NCBI GenBank assembly: GCA_018715725.1
Contig: DVLD01000012.1
Coordinates: 113-64,112 of the forward strand
DNA from: Candidatus Aveggerthella excrementigallinarum
GTDB taxonomy: Bacteria; Actinomycetota; Coriobacteriia; Coriobacteriales; Eggerthellaceae
DNA length: 64,000 nucleotides
Direction: 5' to 3'
Position numbers and translations under genes: made by a program. Below are positions 37,216 to 45,850 of this stretch, one piece after another (position 1 is the stretch's first letter; every line of letters starts with the position of its first letter). The notes under the pieces were generated by a model that was not told the origin of the DNA, ran no database searches, and worked only from the letters and a program-made list of their open reading frames with translations.

Positions 37216-38634
37216 CTATTTCGTGTCGAACTGCGGTATGGGCGTCTCGTCCTTCTCGTCGAGGTTCTTGTCCCATACGTAGTGCTTCGTCTCGCGGGCG
37301 ATCAGGCCGGAGAGCGCCAGCACCATGATGATGTTCGGGATGACCATGAGGGCGTTCGTGATGTCGGAGATGGTCCAGACGATGTCGCCCACACCGATGG
37401 CCCCCAGGAACGCGATGATGATGTAGATCACCTGGTACGGGCGGATGGCGCGCTTGCCGAACAGGTAGGTGACGCAGCGGTTGCCGTAGTAGGACCAACC
37501 CAGGATGGTGGAGTACGCGAACGTGGACATGCCCAGAATCAGGATGGGCGTGCCGATGTAGGGGATGGTGGCGAACGCCGCGCTCGTGAGCTGGGCGCCT
37601 TCGGTGATGGTGCCGTTCGTCACGATCTCGGGATGCGCGCACATGGTGGAGACGAGCACGATGCCCGTGAGCGCGCAGACGACCACGGTGTCCCAGAACG
37701 TGCCGGTCATGGAGACGAGCGCTTGGCGAGCCGGATTCTTCGTGGTGGCAGCCGCGGCGACGATGGGCGCGGAGCCCAGGCCGGACTCGTTGGAGAACAG
37801 GCCGCGTGCGCAACCGAACTGGATGGCCGCCATCATGCCGGAGCCGACCGCGCCGCCGAACGCGGCTTCAGGCGTGAACGCGCACCGGACGATGAGCGCC
37901 AGGGCCTCGCCCACGTACTCGATGTTCATGCCGATGATGACGATGCAGCCCCACGCATACGCGATGGCCATGAACGGCACGAGCGCCTCGCAGACCTTCG
38001 AGAGGATCTGGATGCCGCCCAAGAGCACGATGGCGACGGAGATGACGATGGCCAAGCCGACAGCCCAATCGGGGACGCCCGGGAAATTGGAGACGACGAC
38101 GTCGACCATGGAGCCGGACTGCACGGCAGAGCCGATGCCGAACGCGGCGATGGACGCGAACACGGCAAACGCCACGGCGCCCAGCTTCGCCCACGGCGGT
38201 GTGGAGCCGTCCTTGCGCTTGAAGGCGCGCTCCCAGGCGTACATGGCACCGCCGAGCATCTCGCCCTTGTGGTCTTTGACGCGGTACTTGACCGACGCGA
38301 AGACCTCGGAGTACTTCGTGGCGATGCCGAACACGCCCGTGAGCCACACCCAGAGCACCGCGCCCGGGCCGCCCGAGAGGATAGCCGTCGCCACGCCCAC
38401 GATATTGCCCGTGCCGATGGTGGCGGCGAGCGCCGTGGTGAGCGCGCCGAACTGGCTGATGTCGCCCTCGGCGTCCTTGTCCTTCTGCAGGGACATCTTG
38501 ATGGCGGTCGGCAGCTTGCGCTGGATGACGCGCGTGCGGATGGTCAGGAAAATGTGCGAGCCCAGCAGCAGAATGATCATGGGCGGGCCCCAGACTGCGC
38601 CGTCGATGGCGTTGATGATGCCAACGATGTCCAT
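37216..38634 (-). CDS. Alanine/glycine:cation symporter (AGCS family), copy 1
   Basis: LAATIGTGNIVGVA, GGPGA, RGLFSNESGLGS and FWDTVVVC motifs. Confidence 0.93.
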   Translation of the reverse strand: MDIVGIINAIDGAVWGPPMIILLLGSHIFLTIRTRVIQRKLPTAIKMSLQKDKDAEGDISQFGALTTALAATIGTGNIVGVATAILSGGPGAVLWVWLTGVFGIATKYSEVFASVKYRVKDHKGEMLGGAMYAWERAFKRKDGSTPPWAKLGAVAFAVFASIAAFGIGSAVQSGSMVDVVVSNFPGVPDWAVGLAIVISVAIVLLGGIQILSKVCEALVPFMAIAYAWGCIVIIGMNIEYVGEALALIVRCAFTPEAAFGGAVGSGMMAAIQFGCARGLFSNESGLGSAPIVAAAATTKNPARQALVSMTGTFWDTVVVCALTGIVLVSTMCAHPEIVTNGTITEGAQLTSAAFATIPYIGTPILILGMSTFAYSTILGWSYYGNRCVTYLFGKRAIRPYQVIYIIIAFLGAIGVGDIVWTISDITNALMVIPNIIMVLALSGLIARETKHYVWDKNLDEKDETPIPQFDTK

Positions 38635-38913
38635 TACAGCCCCCTTACCTTGCTCTGACGGAACCTTGATGCAAGTATGAGGGGCGGCGCGTTTCCCAAT
38701 CGTTAACTTCGCCCGTCGCACGGCCACAGGCCGGTATTTCCCCTGTTTCGGCGCTTTATCACGCGCTAGCGTCGCAGGTCATGCCGCTCGCCGTGCACTG
38801 GCGCACGGCGAGCGGTCACGGCATGCGGGGTCTTACGCCCGGCACTCGCCATCGTCAAGGCGACCAACGTCATCGTGGGCGTGGAATAGCCGCGACGCAC
38901 AACGACCGCACGC

Positions 38914-38947
38914 ACGAAGGCCCTGGGCGCATGCCCAGGGCCTTCGT
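38914..38947 (-). terminator. Hairpin downstream of the aldehyde dehydrogenase gene
   Basis: ACGAAGGCCCTGGGC/GCCCAGGGCCTTCGT perfect 15-bp stem. Confidence 0.7.
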
Positions 38948-38950
38948 CGT

Positions 38951-39086
38951 TGCTGCGCGCGATGCACTGCCGTGCCGCCCACCATCGCGAGTAGCTGCGC
39001 AGGACGCGACGTCGCGCAACCCGCCATCGCGGGATGCTGCGCGCGATGCGGCTGCCGTGCCGTCCGCCGCTGTGGGATGTTGCGCG
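38951..39086. repeat. About three degenerate 42-43-bp tandem repeats
   Basis: GCTGCGCGCGATGC..CTGCCGTGCCG recurs near 38952 and 39036, with a more diverged unit at 38994. Confidence 0.6.
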
Positions 39087-39107
39087 CCCTCCGAGGGCGC
39101 GGCCGCC

Positions 39108-40544
39108 CTAGAAGCGCGGCCGCGCCTGGACGCTCACCCACTGCTCGGTGGTGAACTTGTCGACCACCCACTGGGCGTTGAAGCGACCGACGCCCGAGCA
39201 CTTCTCGCCGCCGAACATGCACTGCGGCTCGTCGTTGATGGACTGGTCGTTCACGTGGACCATGCCGCTCTCGATGCGGCGCGCCACCTCCATGCCATGG
39301 AACAGGTCGGTGGTGAACACGCTGCCGGACAGGCCGTAGTCCGTGTCGTTGGCGATGCGCACGGCCTCGTCCTCGTCGGCGGCCTTGATCAGGCAGCACA
39401 CCGGGCCGAACACCTCGTTGCAGCAGGCGGGCATGTCGTTCGTGCAGTCCGCCAGAATCCACGGGCTGATCACGTTGCCCTCGGTGCGGCCCTCCAGCGC
39501 CACGCGCGCGCCGGCGTCGATGGTCTGCTGCACATAGTTCTCGATGGACGCCACCTGGCCCTCATTGATGATCGGGCCCATGAACGCCGTCGGGTCGGCA
39601 GGGTCGCCCGCCTTCAGCTGCGACGCCGCCGCGACGAACGCGCGCTCGAACGCCTCGTACGCGGGCGCCTCCACGATGATGCGGTTGAGCGCCATGCACA
39701 CCTGGCCCTGGTGGAAGTACGCGCCGAAGCACGCAGCCGCCGCCGCGCGCTCGACGTCGGCGTCGGCCAGCACGACCATGGCGTTGTTGCCGCCCAGCTC
39801 GAGCGAGACGTCCTTAATCTGCCCGCCGGCGACCGCGCCAATGCGGCGGCCGACCTCGGTCGAGCCCGTGAACGAGATGAGCGACGGTACCGGGTGCTCC
39901 ACGAAGTAGTCGCCGATCTCGCTGCCGCGGCCGGCGACGACGTTGACGACGCCCGCTGGGAAGCCGGCGCGCTCGAAGAACTCGGCGATGAGGAACGCGG
40001 ACGCCGGGGTGTCGGACGCGGGCTTCACGACCACGGTGTTGCCCGTGGCCACAGCCGGCACGACCGAGCGCATGGCCAGCACGAGAGGCACGTTCCACGG
40101 CGCGATAACGCCGATGACGCCCTTCGGCTTCTTGTAGACGTAGTTTTCCTTGCCCGGGATGTCGGACGGGATGATCTGCCCCTTGAGCGCGTACGGGAAC
40201 GCCATGGCCTGGCGCGCGATCGTGGCGCTCGTGCCGCACTCGAAGCCGACTTTCGGCGCGGCGGAGCCGCCCTCCTCGATGAGCACGGCGGCGATGTCGT
40301 CGTGCATCTCCTCGATCACGGCCGCGAGCTTCTCGAGCAGCGCGGCCTTCTCGGCCGGCGGCACCTGTTCCCACGCAGGCTGTGCGGCAGCGGCGGCTTC
40401 GTACGCGTCGTCGATGTCCTGGGCGCTCGCAGCGCGGTAGGAGTAGATGAGCTCCCCGGTGTACGGGTTGCGGTTCTCCATGACCTTCTCGCTCGTGCCC
40501 TCGCGCCATTGTCCGTTGATGTACTGCTTGTCGTAAATCTTCAT
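39108..40544 (-). CDS. NAD(P)-dependent aldehyde dehydrogenase
   Basis: APWNVP, KPASDTP, FTGSTEVG, LELGGN, GQVCM and EVFGP motifs. Confidence 0.95.
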   Translation of the reverse strand: MKIYDKQYINGQWREGTSEKVMENRNPYTGELIYSYRAASAQDIDDAYEAAAAAQPAWEQVPPAEKAALLEKLAAVIEEMHDDIAAVLIEEGGSAAPKVGFECGTSATIARQAMAFPYALKGQIIPSDIPGKENYVYKKPKGVIGVIAPWNVPLVLAMRSVVPAVATGNTVVVKPASDTPASAFLIAEFFERAGFPAGVVNVVAGRGSEIGDYFVEHPVPSLISFTGSTEVGRRIGAVAGGQIKDVSLELGGNNAMVVLADADVERAAAAACFGAYFHQGQVCMALNRIIVEAPAYEAFERAFVAAASQLKAGDPADPTAFMGPIINEGQVASIENYVQQTIDAGARVALEGRTEGNVISPWILADCTNDMPACCNEVFGPVCCLIKAADEDEAVRIANDTDYGLSGSVFTTDLFHGMEVARRIESGMVHVNDQSINDEPQCMFGGEKCSGVGRFNAQWVVDKFTTEQWVSVQARPRF

Positions 40545-40977
40545 GGAGGCCTCCTGCCTAGCTCGCGTGATTCCGCCGACGTGAGATGTCCCGATGCGGG
40601 CGCTCGCGCTGACGACCCGTCGCGCGCCCGGCGGCTTGCACCCACGATACGCCCGCGCACGCACCGCCCCGCACGCATGCTCGCCGAAGGGGTGTTTTGC
40701 TACGCAAAAGGTGACAATTCGGAAAGACGCCCGCGAGCACGACCGCTCGCGGCGCGAAACCGTCCATTAAGCGCTCGTTGACGAACGCGCTCGCTCGCCA
40801 GGGAAGCCTGCTGGGACGGCTATCATCTTCGCCGGCAGTGCAAACAACAAGCCGGAAGCCGCGAAGCCGCACGCAATCGCCCTCCCTCGGGCGAGCTCGG
40901 GCAGCCGCGCGTGCGAACATCGCCGCGCAGCAGCTGCCGCGCCAAGACCGCGGGCTTCCGGTCCGAGAGGAGCGACC

Positions 40978-41157
40978 ATGGGCAAGTTCGTCATCAAGAC
41001 CACCGAGAAGGGCAGCCACTTCGTGCTGAAGGCCGACAACGGCGAGGTCATCGCCACGTCGCAGGTCTACAAATCCAAGGATTCGTGCAAGAAGGGCATC
41101 GAGAGCGTCAAGCGCAACGCCCCCGACGCCGAGATCGTCGAAGAGGTCGTCGAGTAA
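40978..41157 (+). CDS. YegP/DUF1508 family small protein (59 aa, absent from the ORF track)
   Basis: GAGGAG RBS; my translation gives MGKFVIKTTEKGSHFVLKADNGEVIATSQVYKSKDSCKKGIESVKRNAPDAEIVEEVVE. Confidence 0.9.
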   Translation: MGKFVIKTTEKGSHFVLKADNGEVIATSQVYKSKDSCKKGIESVKRNAPDAEIVEEVVE

Positions 41158-41275
41158 CCTCGAGAGCGACGCCCTGCCGCCCGCCGCATGGCGGGCATGG
41201 CTCATACGGTACACAAGCGCCCTCCGCCATCAGGCTGGAGGGCGCTTGTGTACCGGGGTATTTCCGAACGCGACG

Positions 41276-42697
41276 CTACTTCGAGTCGAGCGTGGGGATC
41301 GGGTCGTCCGCCACTTCATCGAGGTTATCATCGTAGATGTAGTGTTTCGTCTCGCGCGCGATCAGGCCGGAGATGGCCAGCACCACGATGATGTTCGGGA
41401 TGGCCATGAGCGCATTGCCGATGTCGGAGATGGTCCAGACCACGTCGCCCACGCCAATGGCGCCCAGGAACGCGACGGCCACATAAAGAATCTGGTACGG
41501 GATGACGGCGCGCTTGCCGAACAGGTACGCGGCGCAGCGGTTGCCGTAGTACGACCAACCCAGGATGGTGGAGTACGAGAACGCGATCATGCCGAGCACG
41601 AGGATGGGCGTGCCGATGACGGGAATCTTCGCGAACGCCAGGCTGGAGAGCTGGGCGCCGGTGAAGCCCTGCGGGTCCGCCAGGATGGCCTGCTGGATGT
41701 CCGGGTAGGCAATCATGGTGGAGACGAGCACGACGCCCGTGAGCGCGCAGATGACGACGGTGGACCAGAAGGTGCCCGTCATGGCGATGAGCGCCTGCTT
41801 GGCCGGGTTCTTCGTGATGGCGGCGGCAGCCACGATGGGCGCGGAGCCGAGGCCGGACTCGTTCGAGAACAGGCCGCGCGCGCAGCCGAACTGCAGTGCC
41901 GTCATGAGGCCTGAGCCGACCGCGCCGCCGAACGCCGCCTTCGCCGTGAACGCGCACTCGAAGATCATGCCGATGGCCTGGCCGAGAAACGGGCCGTTCA
42001 TGACGAGGATGGCGATACAGCCCGCCGCGTAGCCGACGGCCATGATGGGCACGAGCCATTCGCACACCTTCGAGATGGAGCCGACGCCGCCGAAGATGAC
42101 GACGGCCGTGAGAATGACGATGACCGCGCCGATGATGCGCGCATCGACCGGGAAGTTCGAGGTGATGATGCCGGTCATGGCGCTCGCCTGAACCGCAGAG
42201 CCGGTGCCGATGGAGGCGATAGCGGCGAACAGCGCGAACAGCACCGCGCCGAGCTTCGCCCACGCGGGCACGCGGCCGTCCTTCTTCTGGAAGGCGCGCT
42301 CCCACACGAACATGGCGCCGCCGAGCATCTCGCCACGGTGGTCCTTCACGCGGTACTTCACGGCGGCGAACACCTCAGCGTACTTCGTAGCGATGCCGAA
42401 CACGCCGGTGAGCCACATCCAGAAGACGGCGCCCGGGCCGCCCGCCAGGACCGCCGTGGCCACGCCGACGATGGAGCCGGTTCCCACGGTGGCGGCAAGC
42501 GCCGTGACGAGCGCGCCGAATTGGCTGATGTCGCCTTCGGCGTCGGATTCCTTCGAGATGGACATCTTGATGGCCGCCGGCAGCTTGCGCTGGATGAAGC
42601 CGGTGCGAACGGTGAGGAACAGGTGGCTGCCCAGCAGGAGCACGATCATGGCAGGGCCCCACACGAAGGCGTCGATCTGGTTCAGAATCTCGATCAT
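41276..42697 (-). CDS. Alanine/glycine:cation symporter (AGCS family), copy 2
   Basis: LAATVGTGSIVGVA and RGLFSNESGLGS motifs; clearly paralogous to 37216..38634. Confidence 0.93.
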   Translation of the reverse strand: MIEILNQIDAFVWGPAMIVLLLGSHLFLTVRTGFIQRKLPAAIKMSISKESDAEGDISQFGALVTALAATVGTGSIVGVATAVLAGGPGAVFWMWLTGVFGIATKYAEVFAAVKYRVKDHRGEMLGGAMFVWERAFQKKDGRVPAWAKLGAVLFALFAAIASIGTGSAVQASAMTGIITSNFPVDARIIGAVIVILTAVVIFGGVGSISKVCEWLVPIMAVGYAAGCIAILVMNGPFLGQAIGMIFECAFTAKAAFGGAVGSGLMTALQFGCARGLFSNESGLGSAPIVAAAAITKNPAKQALIAMTGTFWSTVVICALTGVVLVSTMIAYPDIQQAILADPQGFTGAQLSSLAFAKIPVIGTPILVLGMIAFSYSTILGWSYYGNRCAAYLFGKRAVIPYQILYVAVAFLGAIGVGDVVWTISDIGNALMAIPNIIVVLAISGLIARETKHYIYDDNLDEVADDPIPTLDSK

Positions 42698-43120
42698 GGC
42701 GGTACGGTGCTTCTCTCTTGTACAGCCCGACCGCCGCTGCCAGAAACGCGCCCTTCTCGGGAGCGCGTCCGCAAGCATGCGAGCCGTCGGGGATTTGACG
42801 GAAACTTTACCTTGCCACAACCCCCGCGCGACGGCAAGAAACCGCCCGCTAACGCGCCCTGATGCGCCGGGAGCGAAAACCATCAACAACCATGATTTGA
42901 GGAAGCTTGTGCGAAGTAGGATACCCATCTCCCCCACGCCTCACGAAAGCTCCCGCCGCCCTGCCGCACGCGACCGACACGAAAACCTTTAGCCGACCTA
43001 AGCGTCAACGACACCGTAACGATGGCGCGGGACGCTCGAACCCGCGCAGGAAGCGTCCTATAGTCGCGCGGATGGCCTGCCGTTCGAAGGCGGGCCGAAC
43101 GTTCGAAAGGAGCCGCGACT

Positions 43121-45850
43121 ATGAGAAACATTGCGCGCGTGCTCAAACGCGACCTCTTCCGCCTGCTGAAGGCCCCGATCGCCCTTCTGGTCGTCAGCGC
43201 GCTTCTCATCCTGCCCTCCGCGTACACGTGGTACAACGTCGTGGGCTTTTGGAATCCCTACGAGCACACGGGCAACCTGCGCGTGTGCGTGGTCGACGAG
43301 GACGCCGGCGGCTCGAGCGAGCTGACCGGAGCGCTTGACGTGGGCGGCATGATCGTGGAGCAGCTTGAGCAGAACGACCAGCTCGCGTGGGCATTCACCG
43401 ACCGGACGAGCGCCATGAACGAATTGAACGCGGGCTCGTGCTACGCCGTCTTCGTCATTCCCGAGGATTTCACCGAGCGGCTGCTAGCGATTTCGAAGGG
43501 CGTCAGCAGCGCGTCCGAGCAACCCCATATCGAATACTACGTCAACGAGAAGACCGGGCCTGTGTCCCCCAAAATCACCGACACGGGCGCCACCACGCTG
43601 GACGAGACCGTGAACTCCGCGTTCGTCTCGGCCGTGAGCGACGCCGTGGTGAGCGCGGCGGAGCAAGCGGTCGGCAGCGTGGAGGCCGCCGGCGCCCAGG
43701 CGCGCTCGCAGGCGGTCGACGGGGCGGAGCGCGGCGCGCAGGCGCTCGCCGACGCGCGCGCTTCGCTTTCCGAGGTGTCCCGCCTGGCGCAGGACGCCCA
43801 CGCGCCCGTCGCCTCCTCGCGCGAGGCGCTCGGGCACGCGGACGACCAGATCTCCGCGGCGACCGACCTGCTCGACGACGTGTCCGCCGGCGCGCTGCAG
43901 GCGCAGCAGAAGCTCTCGGAGTTCTCAGCCGCCGCCGCGCCGCTCGCAAGCTCCAGCCTGCAGGAGGTCGCGCAGGCGTCCGACGAGGCGAACCAGGCGC
44001 TCCAGCCCGTCCTGGACGAGCTCGGCGCCGTCAACGGCGACGCCGCCGCTGCCCTCTCCCGCGCGCAGGCGGCCCTCGACGAGGGTGCCGCGCTCGCCAG
44101 CATGCTGCAGTCCGCGAGCGACGCGCTGCCCGAGGGCGACGCCGCCAAGGAAGGCCTCGCGTCCGCTGCCGCTTCGCTGTCCGAGCACAACGCGGTGCTG
44201 CAGGAGAAGCTGGACGGCCTCACGTCCCTGAACGACCAGGCAGGCGCGGCGAACCAGGCCGCCTCCGACGCGCTCGCCCCGCTCGACGACGCGGTGCAGC
44301 AGGCGACCAGCGGGCTTTCCTCGTACACGGCGGGGCTGTTCGGCAGCACCGTTCCCGCCGTGAGCCAGGACTTGGCAGACATCGCCTCGACCGCCGCCTC
44401 GCTGTCGGGCGCCCTTGCCAGCCAGCAGTCGCTCGCCGACCAAGCGGCGCTCCTGCTGGACGAGCTCGACGGGACGCTGAACGCCGCCGTGGACACCATC
44501 GGCCAGGCCGACGCCCTGCTTGCGGGGCTCGAGGACGACTTCGAGACCGTCCGCACCGATCTCTCGGCGCTGGAAGGGTCGAGCGCCCTGTCGAAGCTCT
44601 TCGGCGAAGGCGGGCTGGACGCCCAGCAGGTCGCCTCGTTCATCGGCTCGCCCACGAAGGTGGCGACCGTGCAGCTGTACCCGGTGGAATCCTACGGCGC
44701 CGCGATGGCGCCGCTGTTCATGAACCTCACGTTCTGGATCGGCGCGTTCATGCTGCTCGTGGTCATGAAGCAGGAGGTCGACGACGAAGGCGTGCCTGGG
44801 CTCACGCTCGCCCAGCGCTACATCGCGCGACTCTCGTTCTTTGCCGTGCTGGCCGTGCTGCAGGCCGTGATCTGCTGTGCCGGCCTGCTCGTCATCGACG
44901 TGGCGCCCGCCAACGCGCCGGCGCTGTTCTTCGCCGCGGCGGTGGCGTCGCTGTCGTATCTGGGCATCATCTACGCGCTCTCCGTCTCGCTCCAGCACGT
45001 GGGCAAGGGACTGTGCGTCGTGCTGGTGTTCGCGCAGATCCCCGGAGCGACCGGCCTCTATCCGGTGGAGATGACCTCGTCGTTCTTCCAGGCGGTCTCG
45101 CCCCTCTTCCCCTTCACCTACGGCATCGGCGCCATGCGCGAGGCTATCTGCGGGCTGTACGAGCTGCACTACGCGCGGGATATCGCCATGCTCTGCCTGT
45201 TCTTCGTCGGCGCGTGCGCCGCCGGCCTGCTGCTGCGCCCGCTGCTGGCCAACGCGAACCGCATGACCGCGCGGCAGGTGCGCGAGGGCGGCATCTACAA
45301 CGGCGAGGCCGTGGAGCTGCCGGCGCGCCCCTTCCGTCTCGGGCAAATCTTGAGCGCGCTTTCGGAGAAGGACCGGTACCGCGCCCGGCTGGAAGCGCGC
45401 ACCGAACGGTTCGCCCGCTGGTACCCCCGCTTGATGCGCGGGGCGATCGTCACCGGCATCGCGGTGCCTGTGGGCCTGGGGCTCCTGTTCGCACTGACGC
45501 CGGCGGAGAAGGTGACGCTGCTGACGGCGGCGCTCGTATGGTTCGCCCTGATAGCGGCGTTTCTGGTGGCGGTCGAGAGCGCCCGCTACGGGCTGGAGCG
45601 CCAGGCCGCGTTCGAGGGCGCGCCGGACGAGCAGCTCATCGGCCTGTACGCGCACCGCAACGACCTCGTCCGCGCCGGGGAGCACGGGTCGCACGCCACG
45701 CCGGCGCCTGACGGCGCGCAGGATGAAGCGGGCGCCCGGGAAGCCGCGTGCGAACCGACGACGGAGGGCGCCGCGTCCGGCGACCCCACAACGGAGGGCG
45801 CCGCGCACGACGGACGCAAGAACCCGGAAGGGGGTGATGACCGTGCGTAA
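43121..45850 (+). CDS. YhgE/Pip family membrane protein 1
   Basis: LPSAYTWYN...WNPY, YYVNEK..PKIT, long Ala-rich coiled region, YGAAMAP, multi-TM C-terminus. Confidence 0.9.
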   Translation: MRNIARVLKRDLFRLLKAPIALLVVSALLILPSAYTWYNVVGFWNPYEHTGNLRVCVVDEDAGGSSELTGALDVGGMIVEQLEQNDQLAWAFTDRTSAMNELNAGSCYAVFVIPEDFTERLLAISKGVSSASEQPHIEYYVNEKTGPVSPKITDTGATTLDETVNSAFVSAVSDAVVSAAEQAVGSVEAAGAQARSQAVDGAERGAQALADARASLSEVSRLAQDAHAPVASSREALGHADDQISAATDLLDDVSAGALQAQQKLSEFSAAAAPLASSSLQEVAQASDEANQALQPVLDELGAVNGDAAAALSRAQAALDEGAALASMLQSASDALPEGDAAKEGLASAAASLSEHNAVLQEKLDGLTSLNDQAGAANQAASDALAPLDDAVQQATSGLSSYTAGLFGSTVPAVSQDLADIASTAASLSGALASQQSLADQAALLLDELDGTLNAAVDTIGQADALLAGLEDDFETVRTDLSALEGSSALSKLFGEGGLDAQQVASFIGSPTKVATVQLYPVESYGAAMAPLFMNLTFWIGAFMLLVVMKQEVDDEGVPGLTLAQRYIARLSFFAVLAVLQAVICCAGLLVIDVAPANAPALFFAAAVASLSYLGIIYALSVSLQHVGKGLCVVLVFAQIPGATGLYPVEMTSSFFQAVSPLFPFTYGIGAMREAICGLYELHYARDIAMLCLFFVGACAAGLLLRPLLANANRMTARQVREGGIYNGEAVELPARPFRLGQILSALSEKDRYRARLEARTERFARWYPRLMRGAIVTGIAVPVGLGLLFALTPAEKVTLLTAALVWFALIAAFLVAVESARYGLERQAAFEGAPDEQLIGLYAHRNDLVRAGEHGSHATPAPDGAQDEAGAREAACEPTTEGAASGDPTTEGAAHDGRKNPEGGDDRA

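Noticed and set aside
42700-43120. Glycine riboswitch upstream of the AGCS genes
   Set aside because: Expected for this family, but I could not find the conserved GGAGA/GAAG/CUCAGG elements upstream of either copy.
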